Of a stretch of 64,000 nucleotides of DNA, positions 8,961 through 22,040 are shown in pieces. How positions within the stretch are numbered: the stretch's first letter is position 1; the number at the start of each line of letters is the position of its first letter. This stretch comes from Schmidtea polychroa (lineage: Eukaryota), in NCBI GenBank assembly GCA_044892525.1, contig CM097885.1, positions 168,826,001 through 168,890,000 of the forward strand, in the 5' to 3' direction. The notes under the pieces are model-generated. The model was given only the letters and a program-made list of their open reading frames with translations, made no database searches and was not told the origin of the DNA. Made by a program: the position numbers and the translations under genes.

Positions 8961-10371
8961 AGGAGACCCACCCAAATAATATTTATCCTTGGCTTGTTTA
9001 TTGAAAAAAAAAAAAAAAAAAATTTGTATTTAAAATCCCAGAAAACATTGGGCATTACGGCAACAATTATGTAATCAAAAAATGTCTACGGAAAAAGTTA
9101 TGCAATCAAAAGTTTGCAACATTTTTTACCCCCCCCCCTATTGCTGCCGTAAGCCACTAACTACCTACTTTTATATATAATTGTGGTAACAAAACCTTCT
9201 TGGGTCTACTAGTGGGTTTTGCTGCATACTCAAAACAGAGGAAGATATTTAATCAGCAAATGTGATGACACAGCACAAAATTCGTGCAGGACTGCTCTAT
9301 CAAGTTCAACTGAAACTAATATATACCCAATGTTTAAGAAAAAACAGTTTCTAAGTAAAATTTACTGTATCATAAAAACTAGACCTAAACAACATTTTTA
9401 ATTTCATATTCTTTTTCAGCATAGCAAAATTAGTTATAATTGACTGATTTCATCACCGATACATTTTGGCTGTTTACCAGTGTAATTAAACCCACTTTAA
9501 ATAAATATATTTTTGAAATATCGCATTTATGAAATTAAATACCAATTTTAAAAGAAGTGCTTAAAGAAATTAGACAAATTATGCATCTTTCAATAAGAAA
9601 AACTGAATTTTTTGATTACACGTAAATAAAAGCTCATGTTGTCAATTAGAAACAACTTATTATAAAATTCTAATTTAATATAGTGAGTTAGAAGGGCTGG
9701 AGAGATCTAGTGTAGAAATTTGCTACAAATGTATATTTTAAAGGGATGAAAATAATACAAGTTTTGTCAACTAAAAAGATTGTTGAATGCCATCAATAAT
9801 TTACCAAAAGAGTTACAGAGATGAAAAAAAAATAACTTAAGAAATTAGTGATTAATTTTTAGATTGCATCAATAAGATTGAGACTGTGTAAAATTCTAAG
9901 TAATCACGGAAATTTGTATAATTGTTAAGTATTAGTGTGTATAAATAAAGTGTGCTAAAAATTGTGTCGTATTTTAATTTTTAAAAAACCTAAGAATTCA
10001 AATATTATTTAAACAAAAAATAATATATGTCTAAGTAGTGATAATTATTAAAAGTATTACTATATTAATTACAATCATACAAAATTTATTTCATTTATTA
10101 CATTATTCATGATTTTTAACGAAATTTCTTACTGTGCTAAAAATAGTGTCGGGCAGTATATATAATTGAAATATAATAATTTTTAATAAAATTGCAATTC
10201 AAGTATGAATGTGGTATGTTGATATTTGGTTGAAATTAAAATTTATAAAAAGAAAATGTCCCAAGAATATTTGTTTATATAAGCAGATTTAATGATATAT
10301 AATTTTGGATTTATTTAGTCTTAGTAATATATTTGATGACAGAAGAATTGAATGTTATAGCTTCTAACAAT

Positions 10372-10580
10372 ATGGATATGACCTGGATATGACATGGATA
10401 TGACATGATATGACATGGATATGACATGGATATGACATGGATATGACATGGATATGACATGGATATGACATGGATATGACATGGATATGACATGGATATG
10501 ACATGGATATGACATGGATATGACATGGATATGACATGAATATGACATGAATATGACATGGATATGACATGGATATGACA
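10372..10580 (+). repeat. 11-bp minisatellite (CATGGATATGA)n, ~19 units
   Basis: Direct observation; explains the spurious 11-aa periodic ORFs. Confidence 0.95.
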
Positions 10581-13294
10581 GAGGATAATATACAATATAT
10601 ACAAATATAAGGTTAATATTTTACTAATTCATAAGTAATGTGATGGAGTAGATAAATCATATTACAAAGGATATAGAAGAGTTAGATATGAAGGCAAACA
10701 AAAGTGCAAAAAATACAGAGACTCAAGAATAAACTAGAAGTGTAAAAAATAATTAATCCCAAAAAAGGGCAATCTATGTGGAGAAAAAAGAGTAGATTCC
10801 AAAATAAAATTTTGATAAAAATATTTATCTTTTAATTGCAGAATGTCGAATTTGATCGCACTATTTCTTTATAAAAAAAGGAAGAAAATTAAAGTGTTTA
10901 TTTAGTTATAAATTGGAAACTTTGTTGAGAGATGATGAACACTTTAATGTGTTTTGAGTGCTATGTGAAGAGTAAGGTTCTATAAGGGAATGTTCGAAAA
11001 AATAGATAATTCGAATAAATAACGAAAATTCAGATAAATAGAGAAAACTGGATTTTGATAGCTACAATAAAATAGTGGAAATTAATTAAGATTGGAAATT
11101 AATTACGATGAATTAGAAAACAAAACAAAGCATGAAAATATATTTGTAAGAGAAGTTATAAACCCGTAAAATCATCAATCTTTCTTTCCACTTTTGATCT
11201 GTTTTCATTTATTATTTCATTCATTTTCATCGTAGAAAACTAAATGAAGATAAAACATGACCAGCTTAATTTTCACTAGCTCAACATTTATTGATATTAT
11301 ATAAAAGAAGACTTGATAGTTAATATAATTACTGAAGAATTTTCATATTTTTGAAGAATGGCTGATTGAACAAAGGAATTTTATTCATCAAGACACTTTT
11401 AAACATTTTGCACGTCGAATAGAAACATTCATGTTCAAAAAAAGCGACCGCACTCTTTTCAAATTAATTACCAAAAATTACTTTTCTTAAATTCATTTTA
11501 TTTTCATTTAAATTTTGACTAGAGGTCAGCGTTAAAAGCCCTTGAAAAATTATGTACTGAAAATGTGTTAAAACATTGATCTGTAATCGAAATTTAAATG
11601 AAGGTGAAAAAAATTCTAGAAGACAAAATAAATCAAATATGAACAAAACGATAAAACATTTAAATATGTTATTGTGATATATTTTATCAAGAACAGAAAT
11701 ATAAGTAATAATCTTTTAGTGGGACCCGTTTGACATTTCGTTTGAAAATTCAAGCTTGTTTTTTATTATTTCATTGTATATATAATTTTAAAAATTATAT
11801 TTTGCAAAAAATATAAATTTTTAAATTTTTTTTATTTTTCCGATTTATATGTAATTATTTACTATTATAATTTATAATAAAAAATTATGATTTTTTGGAA
11901 CATTTTTCAAAAAACACTGCATGTTAAATGGTTAATATGAAAAGTTTTTTTATATATAATAATTTTTATAATATTAATTATAATAAAAGTACATGCTAAG
12001 TAAAATAAATGAAATATTTCAAATATTTTTACAAAATATTAGCAATTTGTTATCCCGATAATGACCGTAGAATCATATAAAGCCAACAAAAAACAAATAT
12101 TGAAAAATTCAAAATATTTTTATCAGTATCTATGTATTTTATGGTTTATCAAATCTTATCGAAAAACAGAAAAGATTTATGTCGTAGATTTATGTTAGAA
12201 AGAATTTCTCATTCGACTGATTTGAATTAAAACTTTAAAATTAAAAACCTAGATTGTATATATAAATATATATAAATATTTCATGAAATAAATTGAAATA
12301 ATTGTATAGTTTAATATAGCTAAATCCCAAAAGGTTCAGGGACGGAATTTTTAAATTTAGAAAATTTATTTAATTATTTTTATTACTTCTATTAGTTCCA
12401 ACATATAACAAATTTCAAATTTTACCGGTTAGATTCTCAAATGAATTGAATATTTTTAGAATTGTAATTTTCTTTACAAATAATATGATTCCGTTCGGGA
12501 CTACAATTATGGTTAATGATGCATTAGAATTTGACTGAAAGGTTTCACTTGTAAATGTTCATAGCAAAATATTTTAGCCATTGAGCTTCTTGTGTTCACT
12601 AAGTCCTTTGAAATGATTAATACTTTATTTCCAATAACTATTTCAGATTCTCAGTCAAATTTCACAACTTGTATTTTCTTTAACTTTTTATTTGTACATT
12701 ACTAGTAATATTCAAATTCTCATCGACATATTATTTTATCGCTCGGACAGTCCATTAATAATTTCGCTTAAAAATTTCCCTTTTTATTTTCCATTATCAT
12801 GAATTCATCTATTTCAATTTAAACTCCGGCATCATTCATTATTGAAAGCAAATTTCAATTAGAAAATAATTCACCAAACATTTTTGAATTCTTTTTGTTC
12901 CTCGTTCGATTAATTAACTTGTCCTGATTTAAACATCAACAAAATATAATTTTCCAAAAAGAATTAAAAACTAAAATTTTTAAAAAATTAACATCAAAAT
13001 AAGGAAAAATTTTTAAAAATGAAATAAAGAAATTTATATAAAATCTAAATACATAATTCTCTATGTATGTATGTGAATGAGTGATTATGGAATAACGCTT
13101 AATTAAAATCACTAAATGGCAAATTTTGTTATAATTTTTAATTTTGATCGACAACATGGCATTTTAATTTTAATTGTATCTGAAAATCGACTTTCTTCAA
13201 TCGAGTGATGCATAATTTGTCCAATTTGGACAATTAATTCTTTTTTAACTGTTATCTACTATATAATAATTTGTCATTTTTGTCGGGTTATACT

Positions 13295-13369
13295 ATAAAC
13301 GTAGTCAATTCTCAAAAATACTACCTATAACCGTTATAGGTAGTATATTTGAGAATTGACTACGTTTAT
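13295..13369. repeat. 75-bp near-perfect hairpin (37-bp arms, 1 mismatch, 1-nt loop)
   Basis: ATAAACGTAGTCAATTCTCAAAAATACTACCTATAAC-C-GTTATAGGTAGTATATTTGAGAATTGACTACGTTTAT. Confidence 0.9.
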
Positions 13370-16222
13370 TAGAATAAAGTAATAGTTATGCAAATTATTA
13401 ATTTGTCAGTAGTTTTTAAAATACCTAACTAAAAATTATTAAATAATTAATTAATAAATTTTGATTTCAACAAAAAGTGATAGGTGCTAACAACAAACAA
13501 TAATTATTTAATATAAGTTATCTAAAAAACCTCATAATATGAAAATAAAAATTATTTGCACCGAAATTGTATATGATAAAATAAATGGTAGAATTATTTT
13601 TTGTATTAGAATAGAAAACCCAATGACAATAAATTGTTTACTGAATATTGGAACCAAAATCGACATTTTTATTGAAGATATTTTAGTAAAATTAGAAATG
13701 TTTGATAAATAAAAAAATGCAGATCAAGAAATCAAATACTAGTTATTTATTACGGTTATTACGGAAATGATATTATGAAATACTTTGAGATTAGGTTGCA
13801 AGATCAAGAATAAAAATTAATCAACTAATAATTTTAGAAAAATTCAATATAACAAAAAATAACAGTTAAAAGATAATTAAAATTGAGTATATTGTAGTTG
13901 GTCTGTGATTATTAAATTGTCAATTACTGATTTGACTCCAAGCGTGTTATTTAATAACGACAATGACAAATCCCAAAGACGTAAAACTTTATTGATTATC
14001 AAAATTGATTACAACGAAACCAATTTTCAACACACCTCAAATGTTTTAAATGTTTATTACAACCCTTCGGGAAGAATAGCATAACAATGACAATATTCTA
14101 AGAACGCAACCACTTCACTACTGTCGGTAATGGGTGATTCACAAAATTGATCTGATTGCCTTTAACTTGATTTGAGTTTCTCAACTACTTCTGATATACT
14201 AATTGAATATGCAAGTTTCTTCCAACTGTTTCCTGATTCTCAAAAATTTATTTTACTCTACTCGTAAATTCAAATTTCTTGCAAATTTCTTTCTAGCAAA
14301 CTTTCTTTATTTTCGTAACAAATTTTATCTCGTCCCAAATTTTTCTAGTCTCTGCTAATTTGTGTTCAGTTTTTATACCTTTCCATCTGATGGAATTTAT
14401 TGATAATTCATTCCTTTTTCCACCTGTTCCATTGGGCACTCCATAATCTCTGTCGAGATATATATTTTTTTGACAATCACATCTATTGGATTTCCTGTTT
14501 CTCTTTTATTCGTTTTCTAGAGTAGGACATTGAGATAACAAGATAATCTAAAATTTGTTTTGCTTTCTGATTTGCTTCTTTTGCGCTTATACTTTTATTT
14601 AATTGCCTGTTTTTATTGATTTTCTTCTGTTCCCTTTTCATTTTTCAATATTTCCTTCCAGTCCTATTTCAATGAGTTCCAAAAGAATAACCCATTCATT
14701 TATCATGATTTCCCCTTAATCATGTTACGCCTTTAATGATTATTTTTATTTGATAATTTAGGTATCCTCGACAAAATGAATAACGAATGTTTAGATGTAT
14801 TTATTAAGTAAAAATTTGAAATGTTAAACACGCAATATATTGAGTACAATATAATGACTAACGAAAAGTTAGTACCACTTTAAATCTAGATGCTAACACA
14901 ATCATATTTGTCTAAAAATACAAGAAATGTCATACCTCATACATGTAATAAAATATATTTAATTATTCTGATTATTTCATTCGTATTAAATTAAATAATA
15001 TACATGATATATTTTTATTTATATATTTATTTTTGTGACAAGAGAAAATATATTGAAATTTTGCTATTATGTGTAACCAGCAGGTGAGGTCAAAATGAAA
15101 TAAAGGTTTTTTTCTGTTGTCAACGAATATTTTCTGGTTGATTCTTGGACTTTTAAATATATAGGTCTTTAATTTAATTATATAATTCGTTAATTTATCT
15201 CTGTCAGTCTATACCAATTGAGATGAAATAATTAAAACCGTTGCTAAGAAACATGAGGAATTACCTCTTAACATTTATGATAATGCAATTATAGACAATT
15301 TATTATCTTTCATGTTTGATAAAGCCGCAAGTAGCGTTGAAATTTATTAAAGGCTTTGATACAAAAAATCTCAATAATCAAAAAGATTATTCGGCTGAAA
15401 TTCTCACAATTAATGGATAAATGTCGGTTGTTCTTGGCGTAATATTATTTATAAACATAATAATAACTAAATACAAAATTATATTATTATACTGTTTTTG
15501 TAGAATAATAACAATAAATAGCTTTCTGATAAATAATCCGTTGTGGAATAATTTATAAAAACATTATTTAAATAAAAGACTATTAAATAACAATGGTAAT
15601 TTTATTATAAATAAAGGAAAATCATTTTTTTAAATATTTATTTGAAATATATATTTTAACAGCTCGGTTGTCATCCCCAGGCGTAAAACAACTTCAATAA
15701 AACAATTATACTTATAGATTTATTAGTACAGTAAAACTTTGTTAATTCGAAAGCTCGTTAATTCGAAAACCAAATAATTCGAACATTTAATTATCCTAAT
15801 AAAATTAATTAAACCCTCAAAATACATGTGGTTGATTTTTGGGTTGAATTATTTTATCATCAAGGCCTCACAAGTAAACGTTTCTAACAGTTTTGAAACT
15901 TAGATAGAATTTTAAAATTGGAAAGGTTTATTTTGAACTTTCGTGTCTTAATAATATTACTATTTCCACTAAAGTTTTATTGGATTCTACACATATATAT
16001 TTATATAATTACAAATAAACATATAGATATGAATGTTTTATTGAAGTTATTTAGTGTCTGATGATGGCAGCCGTGCTGTCGAAAAATATTGCAAAACTAT
16101 ATTTTTAAAAATTGTGTTCCTTTATTTAAAAAAATAAATAAGCCTTTTCCGTTGGTTTATTAATTGGAAATTTTCGACCTAAAATACGAAATTTAGCAAA
16201 TTTCTACCGATCTTCTTGATTT

Positions 16223-19200
16223 NNNNNNNNNNNNNNNNNNNNNNNNNNNNNNNNNNNNNNNNNNNNNNNNNNNNNNNNNNNNNNNNNNNNNNNNNNNNNN
16301 NNNNNNNNNNNNNNNNNNNNNNNNNNNNNNNNNNNNNNNNNNNNNNNNNNNNNNNNNNNNNNNNNNNNNNNNNNNNNNNNNNNNNNNNNNNNNNNNNNNN
16401 NNNNNNNNNNNNNNNNNNNNNNNNAAAATATTTGAACAATCAATTAACGATTCTAAGAATAAATCTCGAAAACACTTGAAACTTTTATGTTATAAAATAA
16501 TATATTATAAAATAAACCCAAGCTTATGAGAAATTTTTTATTGATTTGGATATTTAACATTTCAATTTCCATTGATTTTAAGAATTAATAATTACTTATT
16601 ATTGATTAATATTTCAGAAAATGGAAATTACTTTTAATTGATATTCTAATCATAATAATTTGATTTTAAATTAATGGTTACTATAATTANNNNNNNNNNN
16701 NNNNNNNNNNNNNNNNNNNNNNNNNNNNNNNNNNNNNNNNNNNNNNNNNNNNNNNNNNNNNNNNNNNNNNNNNNNNNNNNNNNNNNNNNNNNNNNNNNNN
16801 NNNNNNNNNNNNNNNNNNNNNNNNNNNNNNNNNNNNNNNNNNNCAGTCACTAATACTAAGAGAGAACTGAAAGATTAGTGATTAGAATTAAACATTTATT
16901 ATTATCATTGTGATGATTTCTTGGTATCAGCATTAATTAAATTTTAAACAATTAAATAATAATTTAAGCTTTTTGCTGCGAATAATATATTTAAAACTAA
17001 TGAAAATATTTTGAACTATAAGATAGTCCTTTTCAATTTCTCGGAATTTAGTTTATTTATTTTAAAATGCTTTTTGACCTTCTCTTTTATTTCTTTTTTA
17101 CTTCTCATTGATTAGAAATAATAACATACATTTTTCTGAAGAATTTAACAATTTTAATTTTTTTATTAAAATTCCCTATAATTCAAAACAAAACACTAAA
17201 AATAAGTTTCAAAATTTTTAAAAAGTCCATAATTAGCTCATAGAAACCTCTTTTAATAAATAAAATCTTAAAATATTTATAAAAATATATTTCAGATTTA
17301 TAGTTTTAAATTTAAATATTTAAAAATGTTTATATTTTGATTTTTATTCCTAATGATATTTAAAAAGTATATTTCCTTAAAATAGTTATAAAAATAGTTA
17401 TAAATAGTTATATAAATAAATAGTTATTGGAAACTATATTTTTATAAATATTTTTTTTGACTTTCAGCATATTGACGTTTGACTTGAGTTGATTTTAAGA
17501 AATTCATATAATCTGACCAAATAGGAAAAGTCTTTAAATCGAAACCCATTTTATCTACTGCATAGCCATAAGCTTGGCCATTCTTTCTTTGAAACTAGGA
17601 GTTTTGTTATCTTGAACTTTTTTATGAGACAAATAAAATTTCCATAATTCATCAACTTTTTTAACAATTCCTCGGCCATCAATATTTCATCAGGATTGAA
17701 AACTTTATTTCTTTTCATATTCAAAAAAACATTCCAACATATATGTTCTTAAAACAAAACTTTATAATAAAACAAATCGAAAATCTGGAAAATTCTAAAA
17801 TACATTAAAATTCCAAAATCAATTTGAAATAATTGGTAACAATCAACATACCCCCAATTCCAAATAAATCACCATTCCTCGGCTCATTAATGCCTTTGAA
17901 AATGAGGAAAATGAGCTGCAGAAAGAAGATTATAAAAATTTAAAAAACTATTTCATACATGTACCTTCTTCTTTAATTCTTTCGTAATCGTGTTAAAAGA
18001 ATTAATGTCTTCGGTGATTAGTTTATTTATTTATAGTTAAAAATATATCTAACTTACATTTTATCGAAATAATTCCAATAAATTCTTAAAATGTCATAAA
18101 ATTCCTAAAAAAAACACCTGAAATTAAATTATCAATATGTTGTATTATAAATGATGACCAACAGTGATATTTAAGAACTTGAATAATGATCTCATAATTA
18201 TATAAAATCAAAATTCAAGTCTTCAAGTTACTTGAAATTAAAAAAATTACCTGAAACCCATTTTTAAGAAATTAAATAAATGAAATTGAATAACTTCATT
18301 TCCACGTAAATGGTGACTCATCTCAACTGGTGTGCACACCAACGTGAATTATAGAGGTTACTAAATTTTGGAATTGGGTGTAAAACGCGCACAGACGCGA
18401 GGCCGAAATCGGCTGAAACATGTGTTATGTTTTGAATTTTAGAGGATATTTAATAAAAATTTAAAATTTTTAAATTCTTCAGAAAAAAGTTTATTATTAT
18501 TTTTAAGCAATGAGAAGTAAAAAAAGGAAATAAAAAAGAAGATTAAAAAGCATTTTAAAATAGAATAAACTAAATTTCAGGAAATTAAAAAGAACTACCT
18601 TATAGTTGAAAATTTTTTCATTTGTATTAAATATATTATTTGCAGCAAAATACTTAGATTATCATNNNNNNNNNNNNNNNNNNNNNNNNNNNNNNNNNNN
18701 NNNNNNNNNNNNNNNNNNNNNNNNNNNNNNNNNNNNNNNNNNNNNNNNNNNNNNNNNNNNNNNNNNNNNNNNNNNNNNNNNNNNNNNNNNNNNNNNNNNN
18801 NNTATTAGAATGCAATTATATTAAATTTCCGAATTTCTTCAATTTTGAAACACTTCAAACAGTACTGTAGGAATTAATACGTTTAAAATTTATGAGAAAA
18901 TAAATTAATGTAGACATAAAATTATACCGGAGAAATGTGGGATATTTGATCGATAAATAAAATTGAAAATTACCCAATCTATAAATTAGGGCTTGAATAA
19001 TTTTCGGAAATTAATTGCTTAATTTCCATTCTACAATAAAATAAAACAAAATATTACTGTAAAACGATGAGACAATTTTCCATTAAATTCGTTGGTTTCA
19101 CGGTTTCTAAAAATAATAAATTTCCAGATAAATTAAATATAATGAAGGATTTTATTTGAAAAATTTAATTAATTTTGATATTTGGTTTCTGTGAGTATGA

Positions 19201-19867
19201 AATAAATCAGATGCTTCTAATCCCTATTTTAATTAAAACAAAGTAGTATTGACAAAATAAAGTTTTGTAGATTCAATAATGTGTTTGATTAATTAATTTT
19301 TATGATTAGTGATAACGGAACTCTCTAAGACACAGTGAAAAATTCATAATTTATTTACGTTTACCTTTCTTAAAAAAACTAAGTCTAATACAATCAGGAC
19401 TTACCTCCGTAACTGGTCCTCCTACATCGCTAAAGCATCTTTGAAATCAGAACTTTGAAAATTCCGAAAATCAGATCTTTTTCCATAACTGCATAAAATA
19501 ATGTTTTGATTTCCATCTCCATGAATTCATTTAAACAACAAAAAATAAAGAATTTTGTCTATTAATGAGCGTTAACGGTATTCTTAGAAAATTTATAAAG
19601 AAAAGGTTGGCAACCGGGTCCGGGAATCGGTTGCGTCTCCCTCAGTCTATGATCAGACCTACCAATATTATTATATCAAAGGTGGGGATGGCGGGGTTTC
19701 TTGTTTTATTNNNNNNNNNNNNNNNNNNNNNNNNNNNNNNNNNNNNNNNNNNNNNNNNNNNNNNNNNNNNNNNNNNNNNNNNNNNNNNNNNNNNNNNNNN
19801 NNNNNNNNNNNNNNNNNNNNNNNNNNNNNNNNNNNNNNNNNNNNNNNNNNNNNNNNNNNNNNNNNNN
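16223..19867. other. Four assembly gaps (16223-16424, 16690-16843, 18666-18802, 19711-19867)
   Basis: Runs of N. Confidence 0.99.
17450..17660 (-). pseudogene. CSTF3: CstF-77 (CSTF3/Rna14) HAT-repeat fragment with a frameshift
   Basis: Minus strand DELWKFYLSHKKVQDNKTPSFKERMA / AYGYAVDKMGFDLKTFPIWSDYMNFLKSTQVKRQYAESQK resembles CstF-77 (LWKCYLSY...PSYKEKMAQAYDFALDKIG...IWVDYINFLK...YAENQR, recalled); 1-nt shift at MA-Q-AY. Confidence 0.7.
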
Positions 19868-22040
19868 TTCTCTGAGGATGAGTTTTGTCAACATTTTCAT
19901 CAGTCATTATTTCCAGCTTAAATTTAATAAAAATATAAATAGAAAATAAAATAAATAGAATTAAATTATAATAAAAAAATATTTCAGTTGGTTGTAAAGA
20001 TAAAGTAAATTCACTTTTTTATTTAAATTAATATAAGCTTGTTTTTGCAATATTTTTTCGCGTCGTAAACCTTCATTGTGCTCATACCAACTATTAGACA
20101 TTCTTTATAAAATTATTCAATGGCAAATAAATTTTTTAAACAAACAATTAATTAGGTTGTCATGGAATTCGAAATGTAAAACAAATATTTGGAGAATTCA
20201 ACATTAAATATATTGCTATATTGTTTTTATCTAATTTATAAAATACTCAAAGAGCATAAAATGTCTTTATATGTCTGTAAATATATATTTTATCGTTTAT
20301 TGTAAAATAAGGTGACCAATATAGTGACAGAAAGTTTTGGCATAGAAATAATTCCTGTTGGAGTATGAAACATGAGAATTATAACTCTTTTATCTAATAA
20401 AATAATTATATGCTAATATTTATTATGTAATAATTATTTTCGATTAAAAGTGTTAATTTTAAAATTGAATATCATGCTAGTGTCAGTTGATTTATTTTAT
20501 ATAGGTCTTTAGGATATTTATGAATCTAACTACTCGTGAACTTTATCAAAGGAATGACTCAACGCAAATAATTTTTATTAATATAACACATCACAATCTT
20601 TCGTATTCTGTCACTACAATTGAGATGAATTTATTTGACATAAAGGTTGACTAAGCAATTTTGATACTACTCCAAAAAACTCTTACTCTTTCACTTTCTT
20701 TTCCGCGTTGATCTCTGTTTCTTCATTTCTTTTACTATTTTTGACCAGAATGGCGATTTGGAGATTTTGTATAGCGCTTATACTCCTCAGATTCATTTTT
20801 TTGTTCTTCGGAAGCCAAAAAACTTGTGTGTGCATTTCTTTTGGTACCTTTATATTGTGCTTTGTATGTCAAGTGTGTGCGTTTGTTTTGTATTTTGTGT
20901 GCTCTTCTGCATTTCCTTTCGAAATGGTGTCAAAGGAAGTTTACGAAATATTTATTTGTTTTCTTCATTGTTAATTTATCGAAGTTTATCACTATTTCTC
21001 TGGATTTAAATCTTATTCAATTATTATAGGAAGTTTTCTTTTTATTTCAACCAATGTGCGGATTATCTAGTCAGAAACGGCCTGCTAAAATTAAAGAAAA
21101 CTACGCGGTTTTAACAAGTAAGGCAATTAAAAATGGTTGTAAAGGTAAACTGCATCCATCTGAAACTGCTTGCAAAGAAGGAAAAACATTTTTTATCCGA
21201 ATTGGGATCACAAGTCTGATACAATTGAAAAACTTTTCATCATACCACATTTCCAATATTTAGGGAAACAACTTCTTGGAAGAAATCGCGACAATAATAA
21301 CTCTTAAACCGGTTTTCACATTGTCAGAGATGGACTCTTGGTTTTAGGACATCTATTATGGTCTTAAAACTAATAAATAATAATTTTTTAAGTAATTAAC
21401 TACAAATAGTGATAGTTGAATAGTTGGTTAAAAACTAAGATTAGAATTAATTTGTTTTACCGTGATGATAATACAAAAAAACTAGCATCAAATTGAATTA
21501 AAATTAAAAAAATACCGAATAGACTTCCAAAATAAAGAAGAAATGTAAAAAATAATTAAAAAACGAAAAGTAAAATGTTTAAAAAGATGCATGGTTCGAA
21601 ATCAAACATAAACATAAAAAATAGACATTACATGTGAAACCGGTTCAAAATCATGACGATACCAAATGATAGGAAATAAAATAAAATATGCCTAACCATT
21701 TTTTTAGTATGATTTATAAATCATAATTCTTTCCCAGAACAATACGTATACAAATAAAGATTTCAAATGAGTTTAACACTTTGACGGCCAATTTGATATG
21801 GTGGTCACTGGAGGTGCACGTGTTAGAACATATGTGGATTTGTTAACTTTCGTCTGAATATTTTAGAATTTTTATACGTTTTCAATATGCAATTTCAGTT
21901 TATGTACCGTATCTGCATTTTCAATTAAATCTTAAGTAATTTCAAGTGAACACGAATGGTCAATGTACACCTCTGAAATGCACTTACAAGTCACTTGTAA
22001 TTGACCACCAGTTACAACTCATAGATAAAAAAACAATAAA

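Larger units (their letters stand above)
1..9169. mobile_element. Polinton/Maverick-derived palindromic element carrying only pPolB (left arm truncated by window)
   Basis: Contains a pPolB ORF; positions 1-2735 are the reverse complement of 3226-5816; subterminal tandem repeats at 8.07-8.96 kb; right end ...ACTAACTACCTACT (9156-9169) = 5'-AGTAGGTAGTTAGT on the minus strand, matching the AG/AGT-repeat termini of Polintons. Confidence 0.8.

Noticed and set aside
10311-10604. Three overlapping minus-strand ORFs with MSYPCHIHVIS repeats
   Set aside because: Translation of an 11-bp minisatellite in all frames.
14100-14700. Possible decayed LINE endonuclease region (minus strand)
   Set aside because: Only faint motif echoes (ILDYLVI, TEHKL) amid many stops.
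19390-19500. Minus-strand exon-like block reading YGKRSDF as a neuropeptide precursor
   Set aside because: Single GKR site, a stop in the same frame, and flanking gaps prevent a gene model.
16179-19949. ORFs containing long X runs
   Set aside because: Artefacts of translating across N gaps.
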